Shown here: piece after piece, positions 16,806 through 25,980 of the stretch
How positions within the stretch are numbered: the stretch's first letter is position 1
Layout: the number at the start of each line of letters is the position of its first letter
DNA from: Propionibacterium ruminifibrarum
Lineage (GTDB): Bacteria; Actinomycetota; Actinomycetes; Propionibacteriales; Propionibacteriaceae
Reading direction: 5' to 3'
DNA: 32,000 nucleotides
NCBI RefSeq assembly: GCF_900289195.1
Contig: NZ_OMOH01000001.1
Coordinates: 388,706 to 420,705, forward strand
Notes under the pieces: generated by a model
The model's input: the letters and a program-made list of their open reading frames with translations, nothing else
Told to the model about the DNA's origin: nothing
Databases searched by the model: none
Translations under genes and position numbers: made by a program

Positions 16806-19345
16806 ACACCTCGGCAGCAGTGACAATGCCCCGCGTCGTCATCGGCGCGCCGAGCTCGAGCACCGGCAAGACGACCGTGGCGATCGGCCTCATGGCCGCG
16901 CTCAGCGCGCGCGGTCACGCCGTGGCCGGTTTCAAGGTGGGGCCGGACTACATCGATCCCGGCTACCACGCGCTGGCGTGCGGACGTCCCGGGCGCAACC
17001 TCGACCCCTTCCTGTGCGGCGCCGAACGCATCGTGCCGCTGTTCGAGCACGGCGCACTGGCCCCGACGCCGGCCGACGTGGCGGTCGTCGAGGGCGTCAT
17101 GGGCATGTTCGACGGCAAGCTCGGCCCCTGGCCGGACGGCACCGACGACCCGGTGGGCTTCGGCTCGACCGCCCACGTGGCGCGGCTGCTGGACGCCCCG
17201 GTGATCCTCGTCGCCGACACCTCGCACGCCTCCCGCAGCACCGCAGCCGTCTGCGCCGGGATGGCCGCGTTCGACGAGCGCATCCGCGTCGGCGGTGTCA
17301 TCCTCAACCGGGTGATGAGCCCGCGGGTGGCCGACGAGATCGAGGCGGGCTGCGCCCGCTTCGGCCTGCCGGTCCTCGGGCGAATCCCCACGGCCGGCCA
17401 GGTACGGGTCGGTTCCCGGCACCTGGGGCTCGTCACGGCCGACGAGCAGGGCGCCCGGGCCGAGGAGGTCGTGGGGCGGGCGGGGGACCTGATCGGCGAG
17501 CACGTCGACCTGGACGCCGTGGTGTCCCTGGCGGGCACCGCCGGCCGGCTCCCCGGCACCCCCTGGGACCCCGCCGCCGAACTGGCCCGGGTGGGCGGGA
17601 GCGCCGTCATCGCCATGGCCGCCGGCCAGGCCTTCACCTTCCGCTACACCGAGACCGCCGAGCTTCTCGAGGCAGCGGGGTGCACGGTGGTGCCGTTCGA
17701 CCCGCTACTCGACGAGCAGCTGCCCCGCGGCACCGCCGGCGTCTACCTGGGCGGGGGCTTCCCCCAGATCCACGCCGCCGCGCTGGCCGCCAACGGGCCG
17801 CTGCGCGCCCAGATCCGCGCCCTGGCAGACCAGGGCATGCCCGTGGTCGCCGAGTGCGCCGGCCTGCTCTACCTGTGCCGCAGCCTCGACGGCCTGCAGA
17901 TGGCCGGGGTCCTCGACCTCGACTCGGCGATGACACCGCGCCTCACGATGGGTTACCACGTGGCCACGGCCGCAGCCGACAGCTTCCTGGTGCGTGCCGG
18001 CGAACAGGTCCGCGCCCACGAGTTCCACCGCACGACCACCGAACCGGCCATCGGCGGCGCACCCCCGACCGTTGCCTGGGACGTCGACGGCCGCGGCGAG
18101 GGCGCAGTCGCCTCCCCCGCCGGCGGCCTCGCCAGCGTGCACGCCAGCTACCAGCACCTGCACTGGGCCGGGTGCCCGCGGCTGGCCGAACGATTCGCCG
18201 CCGCCGCCGCCGGCTTCTCCGCTCGCCCTGCCCCAGCTGCTCCCCCGGCGGCCGCATCCCAGCCCGGGGCGATCGACCTGAGCCATCACGGCGACCAGGA
18301 CGTGGCGCCCGGGGCGACGGACCTGGCCGTCAACGTGCACGCGCCCACTCCCCCGCCCTGGCTCGTGCAGGAACTCACCGCCCGCGCCGACGGCTGGGGC
18401 CGCTACCCCGACGCCGAACCGGCCCGCCGCGCCATCGCCGCCCTGCACGACGTGCGACCGGAACAGGTGCTCGTCACCGCCGGCGGTTCGGAGGCGTTCA
18501 GCCTCATCGCCTCGGCCCTCACACCGGCATGGGCCACCATCGTGCACCCGCAGTTCACCGAGCCGGAGCTGGCGCTGCGCGCCAAGGGCCGCCCCGTCGG
18601 ACGTCTCGTCCTGCGTCCCGAGGAGGGTTTCACGCTCGACCCCGGACGCGTCCACCCGCGCAGCGACCTGGTCGTCATCGGCAACCCGACGAACCCCACC
18701 GGCGTGCTGCACCCGGCGGGAGCACTGCGCGAGCTGCGCGCGCCGGGACGCGTCGTGGTCGTCGACGAGGCCTTCATGGACAACGTGCCCGGCGAGCCGG
18801 ACTCGCTCATCGGCCCCGCCATGGACGGCCTACTCGTGGTGCGTTCGCTGACGAAGACCTGGTCGATCCCGGGGCTGCGGATCGGCTACGTCGTCGGCGA
18901 CCCGGACCTCGTCGCGGGTCTGGCGGCGCACCAGCCGGCCTGGCCCGTCTCGGCGCCCGCCATTGACGCCGCACTGGCCACGGCCCGGCCGGAGGCCGTC
19001 GCCCTGGCGAGGCGGCAGGCACGCGAGACGGCCGCGGACCGGCAGGTCCTCGTCGCCGAGCTCACCAGGATCGGCGTGGCCACGGTGCCCGCCCCGGCCG
19101 GCCCATTCGTCCTCGCCGACCTGCGCGGGCACGACCCGCAGCGGCTGCGGGCGCACCTGCGCGCCGCCGGGTTCACGGTGCGCGGCGGCGAGTCCTTCCC
19201 CGGGCTGGGGGCCGGCTGGCTGCGTCTGGCCGTGCGCGACCCGGACACGACCAGGGCCTTCGTCAGGGCCCTCGACGACCACCTCGCCGCGGAGCGCGGC
19301 GAGGACACGACAAGGCAAGGAGCTGATGACACACATGCACGGTGA
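16802..19345 (+). CDS. cobB: Fusion protein: cobyrinate a,c-diamide synthase (CobB/CbiA) + PLP-dependent threonine-phosphate decarboxylase-like aminotransferase domain
   Basis: N-terminal part: VVIGAPSSSTGKTT, GPDYIDPGYH and the amidotransferase motif ECAGLLYL. An Ala/Pro-rich linker (AAAAAGFSARPAPAAPPAAASQPGA, about 18196-18270) follows. C-terminal part: DLSHHGD, NPTNPTG and SLTKTWSIPGLRIGY (PLP lysine). One uninterrupted frame. Start is GTG 16802 (GTGA overlap with the cobO stop) or ATG 16826. Confidence 0.8.
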   Translation: MNTSAAVTMPRVVIGAPSSSTGKTTVAIGLMAALSARGHAVAGFKVGPDYIDPGYHALACGRPGRNLDPFLCGAERIVPLFEHGALAPTPADVAVVEGVMGMFDGKLGPWPDGTDDPVGFGSTAHVARLLDAPVILVADTSHASRSTAAVCAGMAAFDERIRVGGVILNRVMSPRVADEIEAGCARFGLPVLGRIPTAGQVRVGSRHLGLVTADEQGARAEEVVGRAGDLIGEHVDLDAVVSLAGTAGRLPGTPWDPAAELARVGGSAVIAMAAGQAFTFRYTETAELLEAAGCTVVPFDPLLDEQLPRGTAGVYLGGGFPQIHAAALAANGPLRAQIRALADQGMPVVAECAGLLYLCRSLDGLQMAGVLDLDSAMTPRLTMGYHVATAAADSFLVRAGEQVRAHEFHRTTTEPAIGGAPPTVAWDVDGRGEGAVASPAGGLASVHASYQHLHWAGCPRLAERFAAAAAGFSARPAPAAPPAAASQPGAIDLSHHGDQDVAPGATDLAVNVHAPTPPPWLVQELTARADGWGRYPDAEPARRAIAALHDVRPEQVLVTAGGSEAFSLIASALTPAWATIVHPQFTEPELALRAKGRPVGRLVLRPEEGFTLDPGRVHPRSDLVVIGNPTNPTGVLHPAGALRELRAPGRVVVVDEAFMDNVPGEPDSLIGPAMDGLLVVRSLTKTWSIPGLRIGYVVGDPDLVAGLAAHQPAWPVSAPAIDAALATARPEAVALARRQARETAADRQVLVAELTRIGVATVPAPAGPFVLADLRGHDPQRLRAHLRAAGFTVRGGESFPGLGAGWLRLAVRDPDTTRAFVRALDDHLAAERGEDTTRQGADDTHAR

Positions 19346-20405
19346 AGCGCTGAGGCAGGCCATCGAGAAGATCGGCCCCCTCGACGAGGACGCCCGGGCG
19401 AGAGCCCTGGCCTGGCAGGACGACCTGACGAAGGTTCCGGGCTCGCTCGGCGACCTGGAGGCCTTCGGTGTGCAGTTGTGCGCCATCTCCGGGCAGTGCC
19501 CGCCCCCGGTGCCCGCCCCCGGCTTCGTCGGTGTCTTCGAGGGGGACCACGGCGTGCAGACCAACAAGGTCTCCCCCTGGCCCCAGGAGATCACCTACAC
19601 CATGGGGGTGAACCTGGCGTCGGGCGGGGCCTCGGTCAGTGTCCTGGCTCGCCATGCCGGGGCCGATTACAGGCTCTACAACGTGGGCGGCCTCAAGGAG
19701 CTCCCCGAGGGCGACCACATCGTCAACTGCCGTGTCGCGGCCGGCACCGCCGACCTGACCCAGGGGCCGGCGATGACCCGAGAGCAGGCCACCGAGGCCC
19801 TCGACATCGGTGTCGAAGCCGCCCGGGACGCCGTCTCGTCCGGCGCGAGGGCGCTCGTTCCCGGCGAACTCGGTATCGGCAACACCACCCCGGCCGCCGC
19901 CCTCATCGCCGCCTACACCGGGCGCCCCGCCGATGCCGTCACCGGGCGCGGCGCCGGCGCCGACGACGAGATGCTCGCCCGCAAGACGCGCACCGTCGAA
20001 CAGGGCCTGGCGGCCAACCACGTCGCCGATCAGGACGCCCTGGGCATCCTGGCCGGCGTCGGCGGGCTCGAGCACGCCGCGATGGCGGGCTTCATCCTGG
20101 GCGGAGCCGCCGCCCGCGTCCCCGTCGTCCTGGACGGGGTCATCGCGGTCTCGGCGGCCCTCGCCGCCGTCGCCCTGGCCCCACAGGCCAGGGACTACCT
20201 GTTCGCCGGCCACCTGGGGCCCGAACCGGGTCTGCGTGTCGGCCTCGAGACACTCGGCCTGACACCGCTCATCCAGCTCGGCATGCACCTGGGCGAGGGC
20301 TCGGGCGCCGCGCTGGCCCTGCCCGTTCTCGCCGCCGCCGCCAAGATCATGCGCGAGATGTCCCACTTCTCCGACGGCCAGGTGAGCGGGGAGCGCGAGG
20401 TATGA
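19326..20405 (+). CDS. cobT: Nicotinate-nucleotide--dimethylbenzimidazole phosphoribosyltransferase
   Basis: GELGIGNTTPAAAL and MHLGEGSGAALA are CobT landmarks. AAGGAG lies just upstream. ATG 19326 (or 19335) overlaps the 3' end of the fusion gene by 20 (or 11) nt. Confidence 0.9.
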   Translation: MTHMHGEALRQAIEKIGPLDEDARARALAWQDDLTKVPGSLGDLEAFGVQLCAISGQCPPPVPAPGFVGVFEGDHGVQTNKVSPWPQEITYTMGVNLASGGASVSVLARHAGADYRLYNVGGLKELPEGDHIVNCRVAAGTADLTQGPAMTREQATEALDIGVEAARDAVSSGARALVPGELGIGNTTPAAALIAAYTGRPADAVTGRGAGADDEMLARKTRTVEQGLAANHVADQDALGILAGVGGLEHAAMAGFILGGAAARVPVVLDGVIAVSAALAAVALAPQARDYLFAGHLGPEPGLRVGLETLGLTPLIQLGMHLGEGSGAALALPVLAAAAKIMREMSHFSDGQVSGEREV

Positions 20406-21073
20406 GCCGCGTCACCATCGACCTGCCCGACGAAGACCCGCGCACCGGGGCACTCCTCGAGGCGCTGCAGGCGTTCGGCGCCCGCCCCACCCCGGCCGTG
20501 GCGCGGCGGACCCTCGTCACCGGCGGGGCGCGCTCGGGCAAGTCGAGCTATGCCGAGTCGCTGCTCGCCGGCGAGCGGGTGGTCGACTACGTGGCCACGA
20601 GCGCACGCGACGAGGACGACCCGGAGTGGATGGCGCGCATCGCGGCCCACGTGGCCCGCCGGCCCGCCGGCTGGAACACGATCGAGACGCTCGACGTGGC
20701 CGCCGTCCTGGCATCCGACGGGCCGCCCGTCCTCGTGGACTGTCTGAGCGTGTGGCTGACCCGCGTCCTCGACGAGACCGGGTTCTGGGCCGACCGGGAG
20801 GCGGCCGAACCGGCGGTGCGGGCGCGCGTCGACGAGCTGGCCGCCGCCCTGGGCGCCAGCCGGCGCACCGTGGTGCTCGTCACCAACGAGGTCGGGTCCG
20901 GGATCGTCCCGGCCGGTGCGGGAAGCCGGGGCTTCCGCGACTGGCTGGGCGTCCTCAACGCCACCATCGCCGATCTGTGCGACCGGGCCGTCCTGTGCGT
21001 GGCGGGCCGGGCCCTCGACCTGCCGGCCACAATGACGCTGGCCTCCCCGGCCCGCGCCCCGGAGCAGGCCTGA
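20402..21073 (+). CDS. cobU: Bifunctional adenosylcobinamide kinase / adenosylcobinamide-phosphate guanylyltransferase
   Basis: VTGGARSGKS P-loop and VTNEVGSGIVP. ATGA overlap with the cobT stop. The ~35-aa N-terminal extension depends on that start choice. Confidence 0.85.
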   Translation: MSRVTIDLPDEDPRTGALLEALQAFGARPTPAVARRTLVTGGARSGKSSYAESLLAGERVVDYVATSARDEDDPEWMARIAAHVARRPAGWNTIETLDVAAVLASDGPPVLVDCLSVWLTRVLDETGFWADREAAEPAVRARVDELAAALGASRRTVVLVTNEVGSGIVPAGAGSRGFRDWLGVLNATIADLCDRAVLCVAGRALDLPATMTLASPARAPEQA

Positions 21074-21846
21074 TGGCCGGCGGTTTCGTCACCGCATGGG
21101 CGATGTTCACCGTCATCCCGGCGCCGACGGTCGAGGACTTCAGCAGGCCGGCATGCGCCCGGGCCATGCGGATGATCCCGGTCATCGGCCTGTGCCTGGG
21201 CGTGCTGGCCGGTGCCGCCGCTGCCCTCATCGAGTTCCTCGACGGCGGCCGGCTGCTCGCCATGGCGGCCGGCCTGGCGGTCCTGGCGCTGGCCAACGGC
21301 TGCTTCCACCTGGACGGCCTGGCCGACACGGCCGACGGCCTGGGCTCTCGCAAGCCACCCGAAGAGGCGCTGCACATCATGAAGCAGTCCGACATCGGGC
21401 CGATGGGAGTCGTCGCGGTCGTCGGCGTGCTCGCCCTGGAGCTCACCGCAGCCGCCTCCCCGCACCTGGCCGGCTGGCGCGGGGTCTGGGCGCTCGTGAC
21501 GATGCCGATGGTCGCCCGCACCGGCGCGGTCCTGGCCAGCCGCCGCGGCGTGCCCTGCGCGCCGACGAGCAGCCTGGGGCGGCTCTTCGCGGACCTGACG
21601 ACACCGGTCACTCTCGTCCTCGACCTGGCCGGCGTGCTCGTCGTCTCGGCGGTCAGCGGCTGGCTGCTGTTCGGCGTCCGCGTCGGCGCCGCAGCGGCCG
21701 CGGCCTGCGCGATCGCCTGGGTCGTCGAGGCACTGTGGCAGCGTCACCTGCTGTCCCGGCTGGGCGGTATGACCGGTGACACCTATGGCAGCCTCATCGA
21801 ACTGACCGGGCTCGGCTATCTGCTCGCCCTGGCACTCCTCGCCTGA
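21073..21846 (+). CDS. cobS: Adenosylcobinamide-GDP ribazoletransferase (cobalamin 5'-phosphate synthase)
   Basis: FTVIP, HLDGLADTADG and GGMTGDTYG are CobS landmarks in a polytopic membrane protein. TGATG overlap with the cobU stop. Confidence 0.9.
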   Translation: MAGGFVTAWAMFTVIPAPTVEDFSRPACARAMRMIPVIGLCLGVLAGAAAALIEFLDGGRLLAMAAGLAVLALANGCFHLDGLADTADGLGSRKPPEEALHIMKQSDIGPMGVVAVVGVLALELTAAASPHLAGWRGVWALVTMPMVARTGAVLASRRGVPCAPTSSLGRLFADLTTPVTLVLDLAGVLVVSAVSGWLLFGVRVGAAAAAACAIAWVVEALWQRHLLSRLGGMTGDTYGSLIELTGLGYLLALALLA

Positions 21847-21936
21847 ACCCCCCGCCACGGCAGGAATGCTCTCCGGCCCCGCGCCGGGCGGTCGGACGTG
21901 CACTGGCCGGGGCACCGAAACCCGGTCGCCGGCCGG

Positions 21937-23364
21937 TCAGGGCCTCGGCCGAGGTCTGCGGCTGCGTGCCCGACGGGCCAGCAGCCGGCCGATGAGACGC
22001 GGCAGGAGGGCCCCGGCGCCCAGGCCGGCGGCCAGGCCGCCCAGCCAGCCGGCGCCGGGCCGCCGTTGTTCTCTGCGTGCGCTCGTGGCCGGCGACGGGT
22101 TGGTCGGGCTCCACGAGGTTCGCTGCGCCAGCCGTTGCGGGAGGCGCTGCCGCGCACCTCGGTCCGGCCCCCGGTTGATGACCGGGCCGCGGTGAGCCAT
22201 CGCGTCGGCGGGCGGGCCGCCCAGGCCCGACATGAGGCTGCCCATGACGGTGTCGAGCGCGTAGGCGGTGTTGCGGCGGGCCGCGGCGTCCAGGTCCGAC
22301 TCCTCGTCCAGGCGACGGGCCTGGTCCTCGTCGGCGGCGTCCCAGTGCCCGGGCACGGTGACCACGTCGTCGCGGTGGCGCAGCGGCTGGTCGAAGTCGC
22401 TCCAGCGCCTGGCGACGGCCGGCTGATTGGCGGTCGCTATCCAGCAGGCGACGTACAGGATGAGGCGGGCGAAGATGTTGAGGAACAGCAGGGCCACCAC
22501 GAAGGATGCGCCCCACAGTGCTGCGCTGCGGTTCCGGGCGAACATCGCCGCCAGCGTGCCGGCCCCCGCCTGCAACACCCAGAACATGACGGCAGCCATG
22601 AGTGAGCCGCGCCGCACCGACCGCCGCGGCGCCTTGTTGTCGGCCGGCAGGATCGTGAAGAAGGCGTAGAAGAGCATCCAGCCGGAGGCCAGCGAGACGG
22701 ACGCGGACACCAGCCTGACCAGCCAGTTCGACAGGCCGAGGGCGTCGAACGGCAGCAGGTGGACCAGGTCCTCGCCCCAGGTGATGAACACCGTGTTGGC
22801 GCCGAGGCCCAGCAGGATGAGCACGATGAAGCCGATCAGCTGCCCCATGTTGATGAGGACCTCGATGAAGAAGAAGTGCCTCTTCTCGGTGGTGTCGAAC
22901 TCTGGACGCCACATGGCCCGGATGGCGCCCTTGACGTTTCCCACCCAGCCGGCGCCGGCCCACAGGGCCACGGCGATGGCGACCAGTCCGACCGCCTGCC
23001 AGTTGTAGAGGTACTGGTCGACGTAGGTCAGGATCGTGTCACGCACCGGGCCCGCTGTGACGTTGCGGCCGATGAGTTCCTTCACCTGCGCCAGCCAGGA
23101 GGGGCGGATGCGCGTCAGGACGAAACCCAGGCCGCTGAACGCGAACATGAGGACCGGCACGACCGCCAGCACACTGAAGTAGGTGATGCCGCCGGCGAAC
23201 TGATTGCCGAGACGGTTGTTGAACCGTTCATTGGTGCGCCACAGATGGGCGACGACGGGGTTGCGCGCGGCCCGGGTCAGGAGCCGGTTGACGCGGTCGG
23301 CCGGTCCACGGGCCGCCTCGACCGCGGGGGCCGGGGAGGGCAGCGCGTGGTAGATCCGGCTCAT
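21937..23364 (-). CDS. YihY/BrkB (virulence factor BrkB / 'RNase BN-like') family membrane protein with a long basic C-terminal tail
   Basis: FAGGITYFSVLAVVPVLMF and six or so hydrophobic segments are typical of the YihY family. The last ~150 aa are low-complexity and Arg/Pro-rich. Confidence 0.8.
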   Translation of the reverse strand: MSRIYHALPSPAPAVEAARGPADRVNRLLTRAARNPVVAHLWRTNERFNNRLGNQFAGGITYFSVLAVVPVLMFAFSGLGFVLTRIRPSWLAQVKELIGRNVTAGPVRDTILTYVDQYLYNWQAVGLVAIAVALWAGAGWVGNVKGAIRAMWRPEFDTTEKRHFFFIEVLINMGQLIGFIVLILLGLGANTVFITWGEDLVHLLPFDALGLSNWLVRLVSASVSLASGWMLFYAFFTILPADNKAPRRSVRRGSLMAAVMFWVLQAGAGTLAAMFARNRSAALWGASFVVALLFLNIFARLILYVACWIATANQPAVARRWSDFDQPLRHRDDVVTVPGHWDAADEDQARRLDEESDLDAAARRNTAYALDTVMGSLMSGLGGPPADAMAHRGPVINRGPDRGARQRLPQRLAQRTSWSPTNPSPATSARREQRRPGAGWLGGLAAGLGAGALLPRLIGRLLARRARSRRPRPRP

Positions 23365-23515
23365 CGACCACCGCCGCTGGCGCAGGACCGCCCTGCGGCG
23401 GGGACGGCGGCGTCGGCACGCGGCACCACCACGGCAGGAGCAGGATCCATGGTGACGAGTCTAACGGGGCGGCCGGAACGCCAGGGGGAGCGCGAACGGG
23501 CGGGGCGCCGGGCCC

Positions 23516-24073
23516 TCAGGTGGCTGCCCGCCGCCTGCGGGCCAGTTCGTCATCGCCGCCGGTCAGGTCGGTGCGTTCGGTGGGCAGCTCGGTGAGGGAG
23601 CCCTCCAGGTCACGCACGACCCCGTCCAGGGTGATCGCGAACATGCCCTGGCCGCCGCGCAGCAGGTCGAGCACCTCGTGTTCGCTGGTGCACTCGTAGA
23701 CCGAGACGCCGTCGCTCATCAGCGTGATGCCGGTGAGGTTCTCGTCACCGCGGGCCCGCAGGTGGTCGATGGCCTTGCGGATCTGCTGCAGGGAGATGCC
23801 GGCGTCGAGCAGGTTCTTGACCACGCGCAGCATGAGGATGTCGCGGAACGAGTAGAGCCGCTGCGTGCCCGAGCCGTCGGCCGACCGGATGCCAGGGGTG
23901 ACCAGACCGGTCCGTGCCCAGTAGTCGAGCTGGCGGTAGGTGATGCCTGCCGCCGAGCAGGCGACGGGGCCACGGAAACCCACGTCCTCGGGGACCGCCG
24001 AGAAATCGCCGTCGAAGAGCGCGTCCTGGGCGACCGGGGCGGGCGATGGGGCCTCAGGAACGGGGTTGGTCAC
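23516..24073 (-). CDS. MerR-family transcriptional regulator (Rv1830-like position in the gcvH-garA block)
   Basis: HTH segment AAGITYRQLDYWARTGLV...RLYSFRDILMLRVVKNLLDAGISLQQIR. Start placed at GTG 24073 with AAGAGG 5 nt upstream. The ORF-track ATG 24154 is possible but adds a low-complexity leader. Confidence 0.8.
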   Translation of the reverse strand: MTNPVPEAPSPAPVAQDALFDGDFSAVPEDVGFRGPVACSAAGITYRQLDYWARTGLVTPGIRSADGSGTQRLYSFRDILMLRVVKNLLDAGISLQQIRKAIDHLRARGDENLTGITLMSDGVSVYECTSEHEVLDLLRGGQGMFAITLDGVVRDLEGSLTELPTERTDLTGGDDELARRRRAAT

Positions 24074-24238
24074 AATGGCCTCTTTCGTCGGACGGGCAGC
24101 CTCGCTCGAGCGGCTGCACCCCTGACGGTAAGCGCCGACCCCTCGCCCGTGCAATCTTCCGGTGCCGGCGTGTCGGGCGCCTCCCGTGCCCGCCGCCGTC
24201 CCGGTGAGTCACCAGGGAACCCCTCCACGCGGCCATGG

Positions 24239-24715
24239 CTAGGGGTTTTCCTCGCCGAAATCATCCGCTTCGACCTCGTCGAGGAAACTCTTGAACTCCT
24301 CGATGACGTCGCTGTCGCCCTCGAAAGCCTCAACACCCAGTTGAGTCATGAGGTCGTCCGGGCACTCGAGGGGGAAACCCATGGTGTGCGACAGGACGGC
24401 GATGTCCGAGAGTCTCCCGGGTACCGGTTCACCGTCGACGACCAGTTCGGCGCTGAACACCCCGTCGGACCATCCGGTGATGCGACCCGTCAGCTCGTGC
24501 GTGCCGGTTGCGGCCAGCGCACGGGCGAAGAGCTCGTAGGTGCGCAGGCTCGGGTCGTCCTGGCTGTCGGGGTCTGCGGCGGCGAACAGCGCGGCAGCCA
24601 CCTGGGCATCGACCCAGACCAGCAGGAAGCGGCTGGTCCAGGCCTGGCCGAGCATGAGCACCGGTTGTTCGGCGGACTCCATCATCTGCACCCCGACGAT
24701 TGACAGTGTGATCAT
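24239..24715 (-). CDS. Bifunctional nuclease (DUF151) family protein, Rv1829-like
   Basis: IVGVQMMESAEQPVLMLGQ...LLVWVD and the acidic tail EEFKSFLDEVEADDF match the DUF151 family layout. It sits in the conserved position between two merR genes. Confidence 0.8.
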   Translation of the reverse strand: MITLSIVGVQMMESAEQPVLMLGQAWTSRFLLVWVDAQVAAALFAAADPDSQDDPSLRTYELFARALAATGTHELTGRITGWSDGVFSAELVVDGEPVPGRLSDIAVLSHTMGFPLECPDDLMTQLGVEAFEGDSDVIEEFKSFLDEVEADDFGEENP

Positions 24716-24717
24716 GA

Positions 24718-25419
24718 TCAGTGCTCCAGGATCGTCTGAACGAGCGCGGCATGGGCATGCACGACGAGATTGGCGAGCTCGGCGACCACGCGGGCGTTGT
24801 TCCCGCCGCGGCGCGACAGGGGCAGCGCGCCCTGCTCGATGAGCCCGGCCTCGTGCTCGGCGGCCTGCTTGATGGCCCGCATGTGGCGGGTGTCCATGCC
24901 GTAGTCCTGCAGGCGGCGCGCGACGACGCAGATCATGAGGGCGTCACGCCCGTAGTACATGGAGTTGCGCCTCGGCAGCACCATCTGCTGGCGCTCCAGC
25001 TCGATGAGGGTCGCCTCGGGCAGCCCGGACTCGCGGATGAGTTCGCGCCGGGTCAGGCGCACCGTCTTGGGCCCCCGCTGGGTGGTGGCCGCCTGAGGGG
25101 TCGGGTCATCCACGGGCCCGGGCTGGGCGGGAGGCGGCGGGGGGTTCTCGGCGGCGGGGGGCTGCTGGCCGGCGTCCATCATCTCCAGGTGCTCGCGGAT
25201 GACCTTGAGCGGCAGGTACTGGTCCCGCTGGACACGCAGGATGTAGCGCAGCCGGTCGATGTCGGCCGGTGAGTACTTGCGGTAGCCGGAGGGCGCCCGC
25301 TCGGGTGAGACGAGCCCTTCGGTCTCAAGGAAACGGATCTTCGAGATCGTGATGTCGGGGAACTCGGCCTTGAGGGTCTCGACCACGCGGCCGATACCGA
25401 CGAGCTGAGCCGGGGGCAT
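24718..25419 (-). CDS. ftsR: MerR-family regulator, FtsR/Rv1828-like
   Basis: ITISKIRFLETEGLVSPERAPSGYRKYSPADIDRLRYILRVQRDQYLPLKVIREHLE matches the FtsR-type N-terminal HTH. It lies directly downstream of the garA/odhI homolog, and its ATG overlaps that gene's TGA by 1 nt (TGATG). Confidence 0.75.
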   Translation of the reverse strand: MPPAQLVGIGRVVETLKAEFPDITISKIRFLETEGLVSPERAPSGYRKYSPADIDRLRYILRVQRDQYLPLKVIREHLEMMDAGQQPPAAENPPPPPAQPGPVDDPTPQAATTQRGPKTVRLTRRELIRESGLPEATLIELERQQMVLPRRNSMYYGRDALMICVVARRLQDYGMDTRHMRAIKQAAEHEAGLIEQGALPLSRRGGNNARVVAELANLVVHAHAALVQTILEH

Positions 25420-25913
25420 CAGCGAAGTCCGAGCTCACTCACGAAGAACACCATGCGGAACTTCCCGATCTGTACCTCTTCGCCGTGGCGCAGGACGGCC
25501 GAGCCGTCGACGAGGGTTCGGTTGACGTAGGTGCCGTTGAGACTGCCCAGGTCGGTGATCGTCACGCCGTCTGCGTCCATGATGAACTTCGCGTGGTGCC
25601 GCGACACCGTGATGTCGTCGAGGAAGATGTCGCAGTCGGGGCTGCGGCCGGCCAGTGTCTCGGGTTGGTCGAGCATGTAGCGTGCGCCGACGTCGGGGCC
25701 GCGGGTGACGACGAGCAGCGCATGGCCCGGGGGCAGGGCGTGAACCGCGGCGGAGTCCTCGGCGCTGATCTCGGCGTGGGGTGCGTGCGCGTCCTCGTCG
25801 ATGGCGGGGATGACCGACGTGGTGTCGGACGCGGTGACCAGCCGCTCGCCGCACTGAGCGCAGAAATTGCTGCCGTCGGCGTTCTCGTGGCCGCACTTGG
25901 CGCAGATCATCAT
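25419..25913 (-). CDS. garA: FHA-domain protein, GarA/OdhI-like, with an N-terminal zinc-ribbon
   Basis: FHA core LLVVTRGPDVGARYML...GRSPDCDIFLDDITVSRHHAKF...GSLNGTYVNR...VQIGKFRMVF. A TT motif (SDTTSVIPAI) precedes it. The N-terminus CAKCGHENADGSNFCAQCG has CxxC-x11-CxxC spacing. GGGGGAG lies 7 nt upstream of ATG 25913. Confidence 0.85.
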   Translation of the reverse strand: MMICAKCGHENADGSNFCAQCGERLVTASDTTSVIPAIDEDAHAPHAEISAEDSAAVHALPPGHALLVVTRGPDVGARYMLDQPETLAGRSPDCDIFLDDITVSRHHAKFIMDADGVTITDLGSLNGTYVNRTLVDGSAVLRHGEEVQIGKFRMVFFVSELGLR

Positions 25914-25980
25914 GATGTGACTCCCCCGTCGGACGCTGTGGCTGGGCCCTGCCACCATGGTAGCGGGAACCCGTGGCTGG

